Assembly (NCBI GenBank): GCA_038870975.1
Contig: JAVZJD010000001.1
Coordinates: 288,001 to 352,000 of the forward strand
Reading direction: 5' to 3'
DNA length: 64,000 nt
DNA from: Candidatus Bathyarchaeia archaeon
GTDB lineage: Archaea; Thermoproteota; CALKCG01; B24
Shown here piece after piece: positions 1-10,284 of this stretch. Position 1 is the stretch's first letter. Every line of letters begins with the position of its first letter. Both the position numbers and the translations under genes were made by a program. The notes beneath the pieces are model-generated. The model was not told where the DNA came from. It did not search any database and saw nothing but the letters and a program-made list of their open reading frames with translations.

Positions 1-1310
1 GCGATCCTCTAGCGCTTTGGAAGAGAGTATGCGAAACTTTGAAGAAACTCAGGTTTAAGGATAAAGTTGAGGGGGTTTGCGTTGACGCTACAAGTGGTAC
101 CATTGTACCGTTGGATGAAAAAGGTGTGCCACTACATCCGCTTATAATGTACAACGATAGTAGAGCTACGGTAGAAGCAGAAGAACTTAGGAAAAACAGT
201 CCTAAGGCACGCGAATTCGAAAGTTTTCTTCCAATAACACCTCAGTTGGTTCTACCTAAAATAATGTGGATGAAGAAACACTATGAATTCTACAGGCGAG
301 TCCATAAGATACTTCATGAGAGTGATTATATAGTCTACAAATTGACGGGGATATTTGCCTCCTCTAGCAATACTGCTGGAAAATCCCACGCGCTTTTAGA
401 CAGTTTAAAGTATCTTGAAGAAGCATATGAAGATGTAGACGTCCCCGTCGATTTCATGCCTGAATTGAAGCCTATAGGTTCAATTGTAGGCCATGTGACG
501 GAGAACGCTGCCTTGGAAACTGGTTTACCGAGTGGAATACCTGTAGTAAATGGAGTTACAGATGCTAGTGCTGGAGACATAACCTCAGGTGCTATAAAAG
601 CTGGACAAGCAAATGCAACAATCGGTACGGCTTTAACTGTCCATGTGATTGTGGATAAACCTGTACCCGATGCACTTCAGAGGTTCTACTATAAGACTTA
701 TGTCAATAACTTGTTTCTGGCTGGAGGATTTACAAATGCTGGGACAACTGCTTTAGATACTACGAGTAAACTTCTGGGTAAAAACCTCGCAGAGCTCACG
801 GATATGGCTAGAAAAATCCCACCCGGCTGTGAAGGTTTAATTGCGTGCACGGAATGGTATGGTGTAAGAGTACCGAAAACCCATCCTAGTGTTAAAGGGT
901 TTTTCATCGGACTTTCAGAAATTACTGCAAACCCAGGTGCCATCTTTAGAAGTATGCTGGAGGGGTCTGCTTTCGCGCTTAAGCTTATGCTGGATGCAGT
1001 AGAAGACGTGACGAAGGTTAAAGTATATGACCTTAGAGTGAGTGGAGGCGCCTCTAGGAATGATTTATTCATGGAGATAATAGCCGATGTTTCAGGTAAA
1101 GATGTTTATATAATTGAAGAGCCTGATTCAGCCATCGGTTCAGCCATATTAGCTATGTGGGGCTGCATGGGTGGAAGAATCGAAGAGGTCGTGAATAAGG
1201 TTGTTAAGATAAAAAAGCTTTTCAAGCCTACTGAAGAAAACACCGTGAAATATTCGAGGCTTCTAGATAAATATGTTCAATTAGTTGATGCTTTATCCGA
1301 GATACTATAG
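1..1310 (+). CDS. FGGY-family carbohydrate kinase (xylulokinase-like), 5' truncated by the window edge
   Basis: Motifs DATSGT, MYNDSRA, PKIMW, VSGGASRN. The frame is open back to position 3 (DPLALWKRVCETL), so the true start lies upstream of the window. Confidence 0.85.
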   Translation, partial: DPLALWKRVCETLKKLRFKDKVEGVCVDATSGTIVPLDEKGVPLHPLIMYNDSRATVEAEELRKNSPKAREFESFLPITPQLVLPKIMWMKKHYEFYRRVHKILHESDYIVYKLTGIFASSSNTAGKSHALLDSLKYLEEAYEDVDVPVDFMPELKPIGSIVGHVTENAALETGLPSGIPVVNGVTDASAGDITSGAIKAGQANATIGTALTVHVIVDKPVPDALQRFYYKTYVNNLFLAGGFTNAGTTALDTTSKLLGKNLAELTDMARKIPPGCEGLIACTEWYGVRVPKTHPSVKGFFIGLSEITANPGAIFRSMLEGSAFALKLMLDAVEDVTKVKVYDLRVSGGASRNDLFMEIIADVSGKDVYIIEEPDSAIGSAILAMWGCMGGRIEEVVNKVVKIKKLFKPTEENTVKYSRLLDKYVQLVDALSEIL

Positions 1311-1563
1311 CTTCAATTAATAAAGGTTTCTTGGTAAAACAGTAGACTTTAAAACAGATGTGAAAGTAGTTTCACGAGTTGTTCAGAAAAAGCTTAGACG
1401 TTTGGACAATATCTACTCGAATCGCTGCGCTATCCTTTAAACAAATGATGTTGACGTAGGTTATTGAACTTGATGCATATGTAGGCAGTCGTATGGAGTT
1501 TTCTGCTTCAATCTGCGATATGGAAAAGGTTTAAATTTAAGACTCTAGAGAATTAAACGATTC

Positions 1564-2232
1564 ATGTCGGTAAATCGTTTTAAACTGGTCGTCTTTGACC
1601 TAGATGGAACGTTGATCAGTGTAGATAGTATATGGCGTTTTCTACACGAGAAGTTGAACACATGGAGTAAAGCAAAACTATACGCTGAAATGTTCTACAG
1701 TGGTAAAATAGACTACGTGACTTGGGCGCGTTTAGACGTATCGTTATGGAGAGGTATACCGCTTAAACGCATCGAAGCCCTCACCTCGGAAATAGAATAT
1801 GTCGAGAACTCCCATGAGACCGTGAGCTGGTTCAAGAGAATGGGTTTTAAAGTGGGTGTTATAAGTGCTGGTTTATCTGTCTTAGCTGAGAGAGCCATGT
1901 TGGACTTTAATCTGGACTTCGCGGAAGCTAATAGGCTTACAGTTAGAAATGGACTTCTGACGGGTGAAGTAGAGGTTACAGTTGCTCATGGTGAGAAGGA
2001 TAAAGTACTCGACAACATTATACGTAGATTTGGAATTGAAAGGGAAGAGTGCATAGCTATTGGAGACGACGAGTCGAATATAAGCCTCTTTAAAGCCGTG
2101 GGACTAGGCATAGCTTTTAACCCCACGTCGCGAGAAGTTGCAGAAAACGCAGACATAGTGGTATATGGGAGGCTTTTAAATGTAGTTTCTAAAGTAGCAG
2201 ACCTCATTTCTCAGCGAGATATTAGAATTTAG
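1564..2232 (+). CDS. serB: HAD-IB hydrolase, phosphoserine phosphatase-like
   Basis: FDLDGTL motif I, ISAG motif II, GDDESN motif IV, GIAFNP. Confidence 0.7.
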   Translation: MSVNRFKLVVFDLDGTLISVDSIWRFLHEKLNTWSKAKLYAEMFYSGKIDYVTWARLDVSLWRGIPLKRIEALTSEIEYVENSHETVSWFKRMGFKVGVISAGLSVLAERAMLDFNLDFAEANRLTVRNGLLTGEVEVTVAHGEKDKVLDNIIRRFGIEREECIAIGDDESNISLFKAVGLGIAFNPTSREVAENADIVVYGRLLNVVSKVADLISQRDIRI

Positions 2233-2290
2233 ATGTATCGAGTGAAGGCGTTTCATCGACCTCTATGCTTCTATGGGTTTCATCTCTCCT

Positions 2291-3550
2291 CTAAATCGTG
2301 TAGCAAACCCCTTTAACGGGTATAATTACGTTGAAGAAGCTCTTAAACATGCTTCTAAAGACCTCAGGATACTCTGTATGTACTGGGAATACCTTTAAAT
2401 CAGTCAATTCTTTAAGCGTTATTAAGCTTCTTCTCAGTTCCCAGGGGTATGCATGTCCTGAGGAGTGAATATGGTAGGCTTCAGCGCCCAAGAGGTTAAG
2501 CCAATTTTGAAGTCTTTTGAAGGCTATGAAAGTCTCTTCTTCGAACGGCTCGGAAGAACTTAATACGTATATGCTTCCAGGTGGAGGGGAGAGGTCTACG
2601 ACTTCTCTAAGATTGTAGAATGAAGTGCATAGAACGTACTCTGAAGGCTTCCTACGCAACTCTTCATCTGCATCTTCATAGTTTAAAACATCCCTACCTA
2701 TTTCAGGGACGTTTAAACCTTCAACCCCCTGTAAGGCTTCTAGAACAACCTTATGACGTTTAGTAATCACTATGTTCCTATTCAAAGTAGAAGCAACTTT
2801 ACATACGGTTCTTAGCCTATCTACATCTCCTGGGGACATGTCAATTATCGCTAAACTGTTGCATTCAGATAGAATTCTCACCATACTGTTTTCGACGTCC
2901 TTCTCCGACAGCGGCGAACTAAGTTGACCTATGTTCGTCCCTTCACAGATAACCGCTTTAACCTGTCGATCTAAAGCCAACTTGAAGACGTCGGTCTTAG
3001 GCTTGAAAACACCATGCGTTCTAAAATCTCCCACGTATAGTATTGAGCCGGAAGACGTTTCAACTATTAGAGAGTATGAGCCTGGAATACTATGGTCTAC
3101 CGCTTGAAATTCCACGGTTATAGAGTCTACGCTCACCCTATAACCTGAATGTACGGTTTTAAACTCTAAATGTTCAATCTTCTCAAACTTCCTCCTACGG
3201 CGTGTTTTAAGCTTAGAATCTATTATACGGTGTGAAACCTCGCCAGTATATACTTGAATATTTTCACTCGGTAGTGTTGTTATCATACCGTAGTGGTCGC
3301 CGTGGGGGTGCGTTAGGAAGCATGCATCTAAACCTTTCAAAACATCCATTTTGGGTATAAGCCCAACCATTTCAAGCTCTTTCACGTCTCTAGGCTCTGC
3401 AAACACGTACTCGAAGTAATCTCTCCAAAGTGAATAGTTTAACCCATAGTCGAGGAGTATTTTAGTAGATCCATCTTCAAGTAGGATTTGATTCCCACCT
3501 ATAACTCCTTCAACACCGCCGTAGAAGAACAGTTTAGCCAATTTAAACAC
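2291..3550 (-). CDS. MBL-fold beta-CASP ribonuclease (RNase J-like)
   Basis: IGGNQI, THPHGDH, VDHS, GDFR, HSSGH and PVHTE motifs. Confidence 0.8.
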   Translation of the reverse strand: MFKLAKLFFYGGVEGVIGGNQILLEDGSTKILLDYGLNYSLWRDYFEYVFAEPRDVKELEMVGLIPKMDVLKGLDACFLTHPHGDHYGMITTLPSENIQVYTGEVSHRIIDSKLKTRRRRKFEKIEHLEFKTVHSGYRVSVDSITVEFQAVDHSIPGSYSLIVETSSGSILYVGDFRTHGVFKPKTDVFKLALDRQVKAVICEGTNIGQLSSPLSEKDVENSMVRILSECNSLAIIDMSPGDVDRLRTVCKVASTLNRNIVITKRHKVVLEALQGVEGLNVPEIGRDVLNYEDADEELRRKPSEYVLCTSFYNLREVVDLSPPPGSIYVLSSSEPFEEETFIAFKRLQNWLNLLGAEAYHIHSSGHAYPWELRRSLITLKELTDLKVFPVHTEYPEVFRSMFKSFFNVIIPVKGVCYTI

Positions 3551-3602
3551 GACTTTATGTAATTAGAGACTTAAAGTTTTGCTAAAAAATAATGGAAGTA
3601 TT

Positions 3603-4838
3603 TTACCTGCCGAGTTTTCCCAGTAGCTGGTATAAGAGTGAAGCTATTCTAACAGCTCCAGTTGAATCTCTCTGGTCGAATCCTGCTCTCTTAAGGCTCC
3701 TCATCTCAGGTGAGAACAGTGAAGATGGCGACTCGCGTTTGACTATGTCTACGTTACCCTTGTATAGTTTAACCCATATAGTGCCGTTTACGTGTTGTTC
3801 GCATGCATCTATGAATGCGTCTAAATCTCTTCTGAGAGGATGATACCACATAGCGTGGTAAACCATGTCAGCCCAAAGTCTATCAACTTCACTTTTAAGT
3901 CTAAGCTCTTCTTTAGTTAAAGTTAAGTGTTCTAAGTCTGCATGTGCCTTGAGGAGTATTGTGGCGGCTGGAGCTTCGTAAAGTTCTCTAGACTTTAAAC
4001 CTATTATTCCGTCCTCAAGTATATCTATACGTCCAACACCGTTCTCCCCACCAACCCTGTTAAGGTATAGGATTATTTCAACGGGGTCTTTAACGTCATC
4101 TACGCTAACTGGTACTCCGTTTTTAAACTCTACAACGACCTCTCTAGGTTTATCGGGAGCCTCTTCAGGTGGAATAGTCCATATATAGTCTTCAGGATAC
4201 TGAGACTCTAAATCTTCAACCTGCCCACTTCCTATTGAGTGGCTCCACATGTTTATATCGCCACCTAACCTTCCCTTCCTAGGTTTAGGCGTTATTCCAT
4301 ACTTTTTAAGATACTCTTCCTCTACTGCTCTTGTTAGATTAAGCTCTCTAACAGGCGCTATTACCGTTATTCCTGGGTCTAAGTACTTGGCTGTTATCTC
4401 CATTCTAAACTGGTCATTGCCCTTACCTGTACATCCGTGAGCCATGTATTTAGCACCATATTTTTTCGCAACTTCTACACACTTCGAAGATATGAGGACT
4501 CTAGTCATGGAAGTACCTATTGGATATCCCTGGTAGTTCCCATTAGCCTTGATACACCTGAAAATATACTCTTTTACAAATTCTTCTTTAGCGTCGAAGA
4601 ATATCGGGCTAAGATTGAGCTTTTCAGCTCTTTCAAAGGCCACTTGAATTTCTTCTTCCCCTTGGCCGACGTCTACAAGCACAGGTATGACTTCTTTAAA
4701 ACCATATACTTCTTTCAAAAGTATTGTTACGAGGGTTGAATCAAGGCCTCCGCTGTACGCTGAAACTACGGTTTCTCCATCATATCTTGCAGGAGGTTTT
4801 AACTCCAAAAAGCCCTCTCTCTTCTTTGAGAAAGTCAA
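3603..4838 (-). CDS. argG: argininosuccinate synthase
   Basis: AYSGGLDS, HGCTGKGNDQFR, KSRELYEAPAA. Likely start is the TTG at 4808. Confidence 0.97.
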   Translation of the reverse strand: MTFSKKREGFLELKPPARYDGETVVSAYSGGLDSTLVTILLKEVYGFKEVIPVLVDVGQGEEEIQVAFERAEKLNLSPIFFDAKEEFVKEYIFRCIKANGNYQGYPIGTSMTRVLISSKCVEVAKKYGAKYMAHGCTGKGNDQFRMEITAKYLDPGITVIAPVRELNLTRAVEEEYLKKYGITPKPRKGRLGGDINMWSHSIGSGQVEDLESQYPEDYIWTIPPEEAPDKPREVVVEFKNGVPVSVDDVKDPVEIILYLNRVGGENGVGRIDILEDGIIGLKSRELYEAPAATILLKAHADLEHLTLTKEELRLKSEVDRLWADMVYHAMWYHPLRRDLDAFIDACEQHVNGTIWVKLYKGNVDIVKRESPSSLFSPEMRSLKRAGFDQRDSTGAVRIASLLYQLLGKLGR

Positions 4839-4955
4839 ATATAAAAATTTCGGTATGAAGTATGTGGAAAACTTATTGGTTGAAGCGATAGCATCTAACT
4901 TTTTCCAAATCTAAGCTATTATTTATAAACAGCAGAATAGGTTGAATAGATTCTG

Positions 4956-6464
4956 ATGAGTCAAGACATCTTAAGAAGAGGAAGACTGAAGGGGTTTAAA
5001 CCTCCTGAAGTAGACGCATATACGAGCTCTTTGGAAGCGGATAGGTGGCTCTTCAAGTCGGACATAATGGTTGACAAAGCTCACGTAATAATGCTCACAG
5101 AGCAAGGAGTGATTAAAGTAGAGGAGGGCTTGGCGATTCTTGAGACTCTTGAAGAGCTTGAACATTTGAGCTATGAAGAGCTTGTAAAAGGCCCGTTTGA
5201 AGACGTCCATGTAGCCATAGAGTCTAGAGTCATAGAGAGGCTTGGTGAAGATATTGGAGGTAAAATGCATACAGCTAGGTCTAGAAACGATGAAGTCGCG
5301 ACATGTTTAAGGTTGACGGTTAGGAGGCAGGTTATTGAAATACTTAGAGAACTTTTAAACCTGCTTAAAGTCATCTACGATAGAAGCCTAGGGGAATTGA
5401 ATACTATTATGCCAGGCTATACGCATACTCAACACGCTCAACCAGTCACTCTAGCACACCATCTTCTAGCCCATTTCGATGCGTTAGCTAGAGACTTTGA
5501 AAGACTGTTAGACGCCTATAAGAGGGTTAATAAGTCGCCGCTTGGCGCATGTGCTTTAGCAACTACTGGTTTTCCTATAAGTCGATTTAGAACTGCTGAA
5601 CTCTTAGGCTTTGATGGTCTTGTTGAAAACTCTATGGATGCTGTCTCTAGTAGAGACTTCATACTTGAAATACTGTCCGATATAGCCATACTGGCTACTG
5701 ATTTAAGCCGTATTGCTGAAGAGTTGGTCTTATGGAGTAGCTCAGAGTTTAAATTCGTAGAGCTCCCAGATGAGTATTCGTCAACTAGCAGCATTATGCC
5801 TCAGAAGAAGAACCCCGACACTATGGAGATAACTAGGGCTAAGGCTGGTAGAATATATGGAAATCTTATGAGTACTTTATCTATGCTTAAAGCCCTGCCT
5901 TTAACGTACAATAGGGATATGCAGGAGGTTACTCCTAGGCTTTGGGATTCCATTGAAACCGTTAAATACATGCTTAGAATAATGTCTGGAGCTTTAAAGG
6001 GGGCTGTTTTCAATAGGGAGGTGATGCGTAGAGCCGCTGATGAAGGCTTTTCAACGGCTACAGAGCTTGCAGATGTCCTTGTGAGGAAAAAAGGCTTGGC
6101 TTTTAGAACAGCACATATGATAGTTGGAGCATTAGTGCTTGAAGCTTTAAAAAGAGGGCTTAAACCCGGCGAAGTAGACAGTCGGCTTTTAAACGAGGTT
6201 TCAGAGAGGGTTTACGGTAAGCCCGCCGATTTAACAGATGAAGAGGTTAAGAATGCCTTAAACCCTGAAAAATTCATAAGTGCTAGGAGCATCATAGGTG
6301 GACCTAGCCCTAGTACGGTTGAAGAGGCGCTAAAACGTAGAGAGGAACTGCTGAGCATTTTAAAATGCAAAGTTGAATGTTTGGAAAATAGAGAAGTAGA
6401 GGTTGAAAGGAGTCTTAATAATGCTATAGCGTCTATTGGAAAGCAAGTAAGAGGCAAATCGTAG
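4956..6464 (+). CDS. argH: argininosuccinate lyase
   Basis: HTARSRNDEV, GYTHTQHAQP, SSIMPQKKNPD; divergent from argG. Confidence 0.97.
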   Translation: MSQDILRRGRLKGFKPPEVDAYTSSLEADRWLFKSDIMVDKAHVIMLTEQGVIKVEEGLAILETLEELEHLSYEELVKGPFEDVHVAIESRVIERLGEDIGGKMHTARSRNDEVATCLRLTVRRQVIEILRELLNLLKVIYDRSLGELNTIMPGYTHTQHAQPVTLAHHLLAHFDALARDFERLLDAYKRVNKSPLGACALATTGFPISRFRTAELLGFDGLVENSMDAVSSRDFILEILSDIAILATDLSRIAEELVLWSSSEFKFVELPDEYSSTSSIMPQKKNPDTMEITRAKAGRIYGNLMSTLSMLKALPLTYNRDMQEVTPRLWDSIETVKYMLRIMSGALKGAVFNREVMRRAADEGFSTATELADVLVRKKGLAFRTAHMIVGALVLEALKRGLKPGEVDSRLLNEVSERVYGKPADLTDEEVKNALNPEKFISARSIIGGPSPSTVEEALKRREELLSILKCKVECLENREVEVERSLNNAIASIGKQVRGKS

Positions 6465-6592
6465 AGAAATCGTTCTCTAAGCTGTGGTTATAGTTTAAAA
6501 CAAAATTTTCCTCATGTATACACGTTTAAAAGATACAGTGTCATAGTGATGTAATGTAGAGATGCTACGTATTATCAGAGGGTGGAAATGCG

Positions 6593-7111
6593 TTGATTTT
6601 TGAAGAAATCGGTGTTCATAACTTTCCAAAAGTCCCAGAACCTTGCAGGTTTTGCCTCTACTGGCAGACGAGTGGCGGATTAAAAAGTGAACAGTGTAGA
6701 AGTAAAATAGAAGCTGAGAGATTAAAATGGCTTAGCGTAGTGGAGAAGACTTTTGGATGCTGTATTGAAATCCTACATGTTAGCGGTGCTACGGTAGGTT
6801 TTATGCAGTATGCACCAGCGGAGTATTTTCCACGTGTAAAGGATTATCCTTCAGGTCCTCCGAGCGAAGACTCAGTTTTCATCGCATGCCTCTACGTAGT
6901 AGACAGCAGTCAACGTAGGAGAGGATATGGAACAGCTATGCTTAGAAAGCTGTTGAAAGAGCTCACTTGTAGAGGCTTTAAAACTGTGGAAACTTTTGCG
7001 AGGATGGATAGTGAAAATAATCCATCTGGACCTTTAGACTTCTACTTGAAAAATGGGTTTGAAGTAGTACGTCAAAGAGACGACTTCCCCCTTATGCGTT
7101 TAAACCTCTAG
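6593..7111 (+). CDS. GNAT-family N-acetyltransferase
   Basis: QRRRGYGTAML acetyl-CoA motif, FYLKNGF, N-terminal CxxCxYW. Confidence 0.8.
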   Translation: MIFEEIGVHNFPKVPEPCRFCLYWQTSGGLKSEQCRSKIEAERLKWLSVVEKTFGCCIEILHVSGATVGFMQYAPAEYFPRVKDYPSGPPSEDSVFIACLYVVDSSQRRRGYGTAMLRKLLKELTCRGFKTVETFARMDSENNPSGPLDFYLKNGFEVVRQRDDFPLMRLNL

Positions 7112-7190
7112 TTTTGTTGCTCCAACTGAGAAGGTTTTCAAAATTAAAATTAATAAACCCCTCTAGTACTTTTGAGTTTTTAGAGGCTGT

Positions 7191-7265
7191 GCGGCTGTGG
7201 TCTAGTCTGGTTAGGATTGGGGCCCTCCAAGCCTCAGATCGCGGGTTCAAATCCCGCCAGCCGCA
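7191..7265 (+). tRNA. tRNA-Gly(TCC), CCA not encoded, atypical C33
   Basis: Acceptor stem GCGGCTG/CAGCCGC, T arm GCGGG-TTCAAAT-CCCGC, anticodon stem GGGGC/GCCTC with loop CCTCCAA. Confidence 0.9.
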
Positions 7266-7280
7266 TTAAGCTTTATGTTT

Positions 7281-9464
7281 TTACTTCCATGGAAACTCTA
7301 CCAGTTCTTTAACTGTGAATGCCCCCGTAAGCCTTATGTCTTCTGACGAAGAGCCTACCATGACTTTGAATAGACCAGGCTCTACGACGCGTCTCATCTC
7401 TTGGTTTAGAAACGACAGCATTTCCAGAGTCAGTGTGAATTCTACTGTCTTCTCCTCACCAGGCTTTAACGTGATACGTTTAAACCCCTTCAGCTCTTTA
7501 ACCGGTCTAGTCACGCTTGCAACAGCATCGTTTATGTACAGTTGTACAACCTCATCGCCTTCACGACTACCAATATTCTTCACCTTAAGCTTGATTTTGA
7601 CTATGTCTTTAGGCTCTACTTCTCTAGGTGAAATTTCTAAATCACTATATTCAAACTTCGTATAGCTTAAGCCGTGTCCGAATGGGAATAGAGGTGAATA
7701 TGGTATATCTAGATACTTCGATGTCCATCTATCTGGAGACGGGGGTCTTCCCGTGTTCTTATGGTTGTAGTATATGGGTACCTGTCCAACAGTGCGTGGA
7801 AAAGTCGCCGGGAGTTTGCCTCCGGGATTGTAGTCTCCAAAGATTACATCTGCTATGGCGTAGCCTGCTTGAATTCCAGGGAACCAAGCTTCTATTATAG
7901 CTGGTATATGTTCTGCAGACCAGGATATTGACAGAGGTCTACCGTTCATTAAGACCTCTACTACTGGAACCCCAGTCTCATATACGGCTTTTACAAGCTC
8001 CTCTTGGACTCCCGGAAGGTCGAGAAACGCTCTAGAGGCGGCTTCACCGCTCATATCTCTACTCTCACCGACGACTAAAATCGCCACCTTACACTTTCTA
8101 GCTACTTCAACAGCCTCTTTGAAGCCTTCGGTAGACTTTCCATTTATATCGCAACCTTTAGCGTATAAGACTCTAGTTTCGGGTGAAACTTTACTTTTAA
8201 CCCCCTCTAGGACTGTAACTACGTCTTTAGGATTGCCTAGGCAGGACCATGGGCCTAACGGGGCTTCTTTATCATCTGCTAGAGGACCTATGACTGCGAT
8301 GGACTCTACGTTTTTACTTAACGGTAGGAGGCCTCCATCGTTTTTCAACAGGACGATAGATTTTCTAGCTATTTCAACTGTAGCTTCAACATGCTCTCTA
8401 CACTTTACTATATATTTTGCGCGTTCAGGGTCGACATATGGACAGTCAAATAAGCCCAGTCTAAACTTGATTCTAAGTATACGTCTAACAGCTTCATTTA
8501 TCCGGTCCTCAGATATCCTTCCGTCTTTGACAAGTTGAAGGAGTGTTCTACGGTAAACATCACCTTGCATATCCATATCCACGCCGGCGTTTAAGGCTTT
8601 CTCTGCGGCTTCGAATACGTCTCCTGCTATTCCATGGTTGATAAGCTCTCCGACGGCGTTCCAATCACTCACGACAAACCCTTCAAAACCCCATTCTTCA
8701 CGTAGAATCTTCCTAAGTGTAAATGGGTTTGCTGAAGCAGGTATGCCGTTTAAATCGTTGAAAGCGCTCATTATTGTTCCAGCTCCGGCTTCAACTGTCG
8801 CTTTAAAAGGAGGAAGATACACTTCTCTAAGCGTCCGCTCAGATATGTCTACAGTGTTGTAGTCTCTCCCCCCTTCTGCACCTCCGTAGGCTACGTAGTG
8901 TTTTGGACATGCGACTAAGGTATTTAAATCCGAAAGGTCTCTCCCCTGAAATCCCTCTACTAGGGCTCTAGCCATGACCGAGCCCAAGTATGGGTCTTCA
9001 CCAGCTCCTTCAGCTATCCGTCCCCACCTTGGGTCTCTCGCGATATCAACCATAGGTGCGAAAGTCCAATGTATACCTTCAGCACGGGCTTCAGAGGCCG
9101 CTATTGATGCGGCCCTTTTAACGGTATCGGGGTCCCATGTGCTCGCTAATCCTAGGGGTATTGGAAATATCGTCTTATAGCCGTGTATAACGTCTAATCC
9201 GAATATTAACGGTATGCCAAGTCTTGTCTTCTCAACGGCTATTTTCTGTATTCTGTTGGTTTCTTCGGCTCCGAAGACGTTTAAAAGAGACCCTATTCTC
9301 CCCTCTGCGATCCACTTCTCATATTCATCTGTAAAACCGCTATACTGACATAGCTGTCCAATCTTCTCTTCAAGAGTCATCCTACTGAGGAGGTCTTCAA
9401 CCCTCTTATCAACCGGTTGATTCGGGTCTAAATAGACTGGTTTTACGGCTTCAGAGTTTCCCAA
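7281..9464 (-). CDS. bglX: GH3 beta-glucosidase/xylosidase (BglX-like), no signal peptide
   Basis: DVIHG, RDPRWGRIAEGAGED, KHY, nucleophile VVSDW, C-terminal Fn3-like domain (RPVKELKGF). Confidence 0.92.
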   Translation of the reverse strand: MGNSEAVKPVYLDPNQPVDKRVEDLLSRMTLEEKIGQLCQYSGFTDEYEKWIAEGRIGSLLNVFGAEETNRIQKIAVEKTRLGIPLIFGLDVIHGYKTIFPIPLGLASTWDPDTVKRAASIAASEARAEGIHWTFAPMVDIARDPRWGRIAEGAGEDPYLGSVMARALVEGFQGRDLSDLNTLVACPKHYVAYGGAEGGRDYNTVDISERTLREVYLPPFKATVEAGAGTIMSAFNDLNGIPASANPFTLRKILREEWGFEGFVVSDWNAVGELINHGIAGDVFEAAEKALNAGVDMDMQGDVYRRTLLQLVKDGRISEDRINEAVRRILRIKFRLGLFDCPYVDPERAKYIVKCREHVEATVEIARKSIVLLKNDGGLLPLSKNVESIAVIGPLADDKEAPLGPWSCLGNPKDVVTVLEGVKSKVSPETRVLYAKGCDINGKSTEGFKEAVEVARKCKVAILVVGESRDMSGEAASRAFLDLPGVQEELVKAVYETGVPVVEVLMNGRPLSISWSAEHIPAIIEAWFPGIQAGYAIADVIFGDYNPGGKLPATFPRTVGQVPIYYNHKNTGRPPSPDRWTSKYLDIPYSPLFPFGHGLSYTKFEYSDLEISPREVEPKDIVKIKLKVKNIGSREGDEVVQLYINDAVASVTRPVKELKGFKRITLKPGEEKTVEFTLTLEMLSFLNQEMRRVVEPGLFKVMVGSSSEDIRLTGAFTVKELVEFPWK

Positions 9465-9477
9465 CTACACATCCCCT

Positions 9478-9495
9478 CAGTCTACAGTTAGACTG
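9478..9495. promoter_or_regulatory. perfect palindrome CAGTCTA-N4-TAGACTG between the GH3 TATA box and start (putative operator)
   Basis: Read directly; TTTAAA adjoins it at 9496-9501. Confidence 0.5.
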
Positions 9496-9628
9496 TTTAA
9501 ATCTATAAGACTAATCGTTCAAGCATCCACCGTAGGATCAGCATGGTGAGACTTTAAAACCATATAGCTTAGAGCAGTATTGAGAAATTTAAATGCAATT
9601 TTCAATAGGGATGATTGAATTCCAGACG

Positions 9629-10141
9629 TTATACGACTAGTAGAAGCGCATAGTAAGTCGGCGTCTCATCGCGGTTGCGGAGTACATGGATGTTAAAACC
9701 AGCCTTTCTAACGGTTGAGTATACGTCTATTCCACAAGCCTCCATAGACGGCCTAGCCAACTCCGGATGACGGCAATAGTCTAAACTACACTCGTCGCAT
9801 AATGTGCATGGTCCTGCAACCATGGCAAAGGCTGAGTAGTATCCAGATAGGAAGGCTTCTCTCTCAAGTTCAGCCATGGCTCTATGGATATCTGAATCGG
9901 GTGGGAAATACACTAGAATCGCATACTTATAGTATGAGAGTATTTTCCTCGTTTGATCTGGTGTTGGAGAATATGGTGGACAAGTGAGGCACTTACCATA
10001 ACCGTCGCAACCATACTGACATTTAAGCCGAACCCAGTCTGCTACAACAACATCCTCTGCTTTAATAATCTTAGCTTCTTTAGCCCCAAGCCTTAAAACA
10101 ATATTACATAATTCTTTTAAACCGTCTTGAATACTGGACAT
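9629..10141 (-). CDS. DUF2284-like Cys-rich metal-binding protein
   Basis: KCQYGC, TCPP, GPCTLCDEC and RPSMEACGIDV pattern. Confidence 0.75.
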   Translation of the reverse strand: MSSIQDGLKELCNIVLRLGAKEAKIIKAEDVVVADWVRLKCQYGCDGYGKCLTCPPYSPTPDQTRKILSYYKYAILVYFPPDSDIHRAMAELEREAFLSGYYSAFAMVAGPCTLCDECSLDYCRHPELARPSMEACGIDVYSTVRKAGFNIHVLRNRDETPTYYALLLVV

Positions 10142-10284
10142 TTCAACCGCTGTTAATTCAATCGGCCGTCAATTTAAGGCTTATTCCAATCTAGAACTGC
10201 CTCTAGAAACTTAAGTATCCAATCTATGATAATCTACTGCATAAAAATGGAAAGGAAGACATAGTAAATGATATAAGTCTTCGG

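Noticed and set aside
7219-7236. Reading the tRNA as Trp (CCA)
   Set aside because: That register breaks the anticodon stem, and the tRNA body matches archaeal tRNA-Gly.
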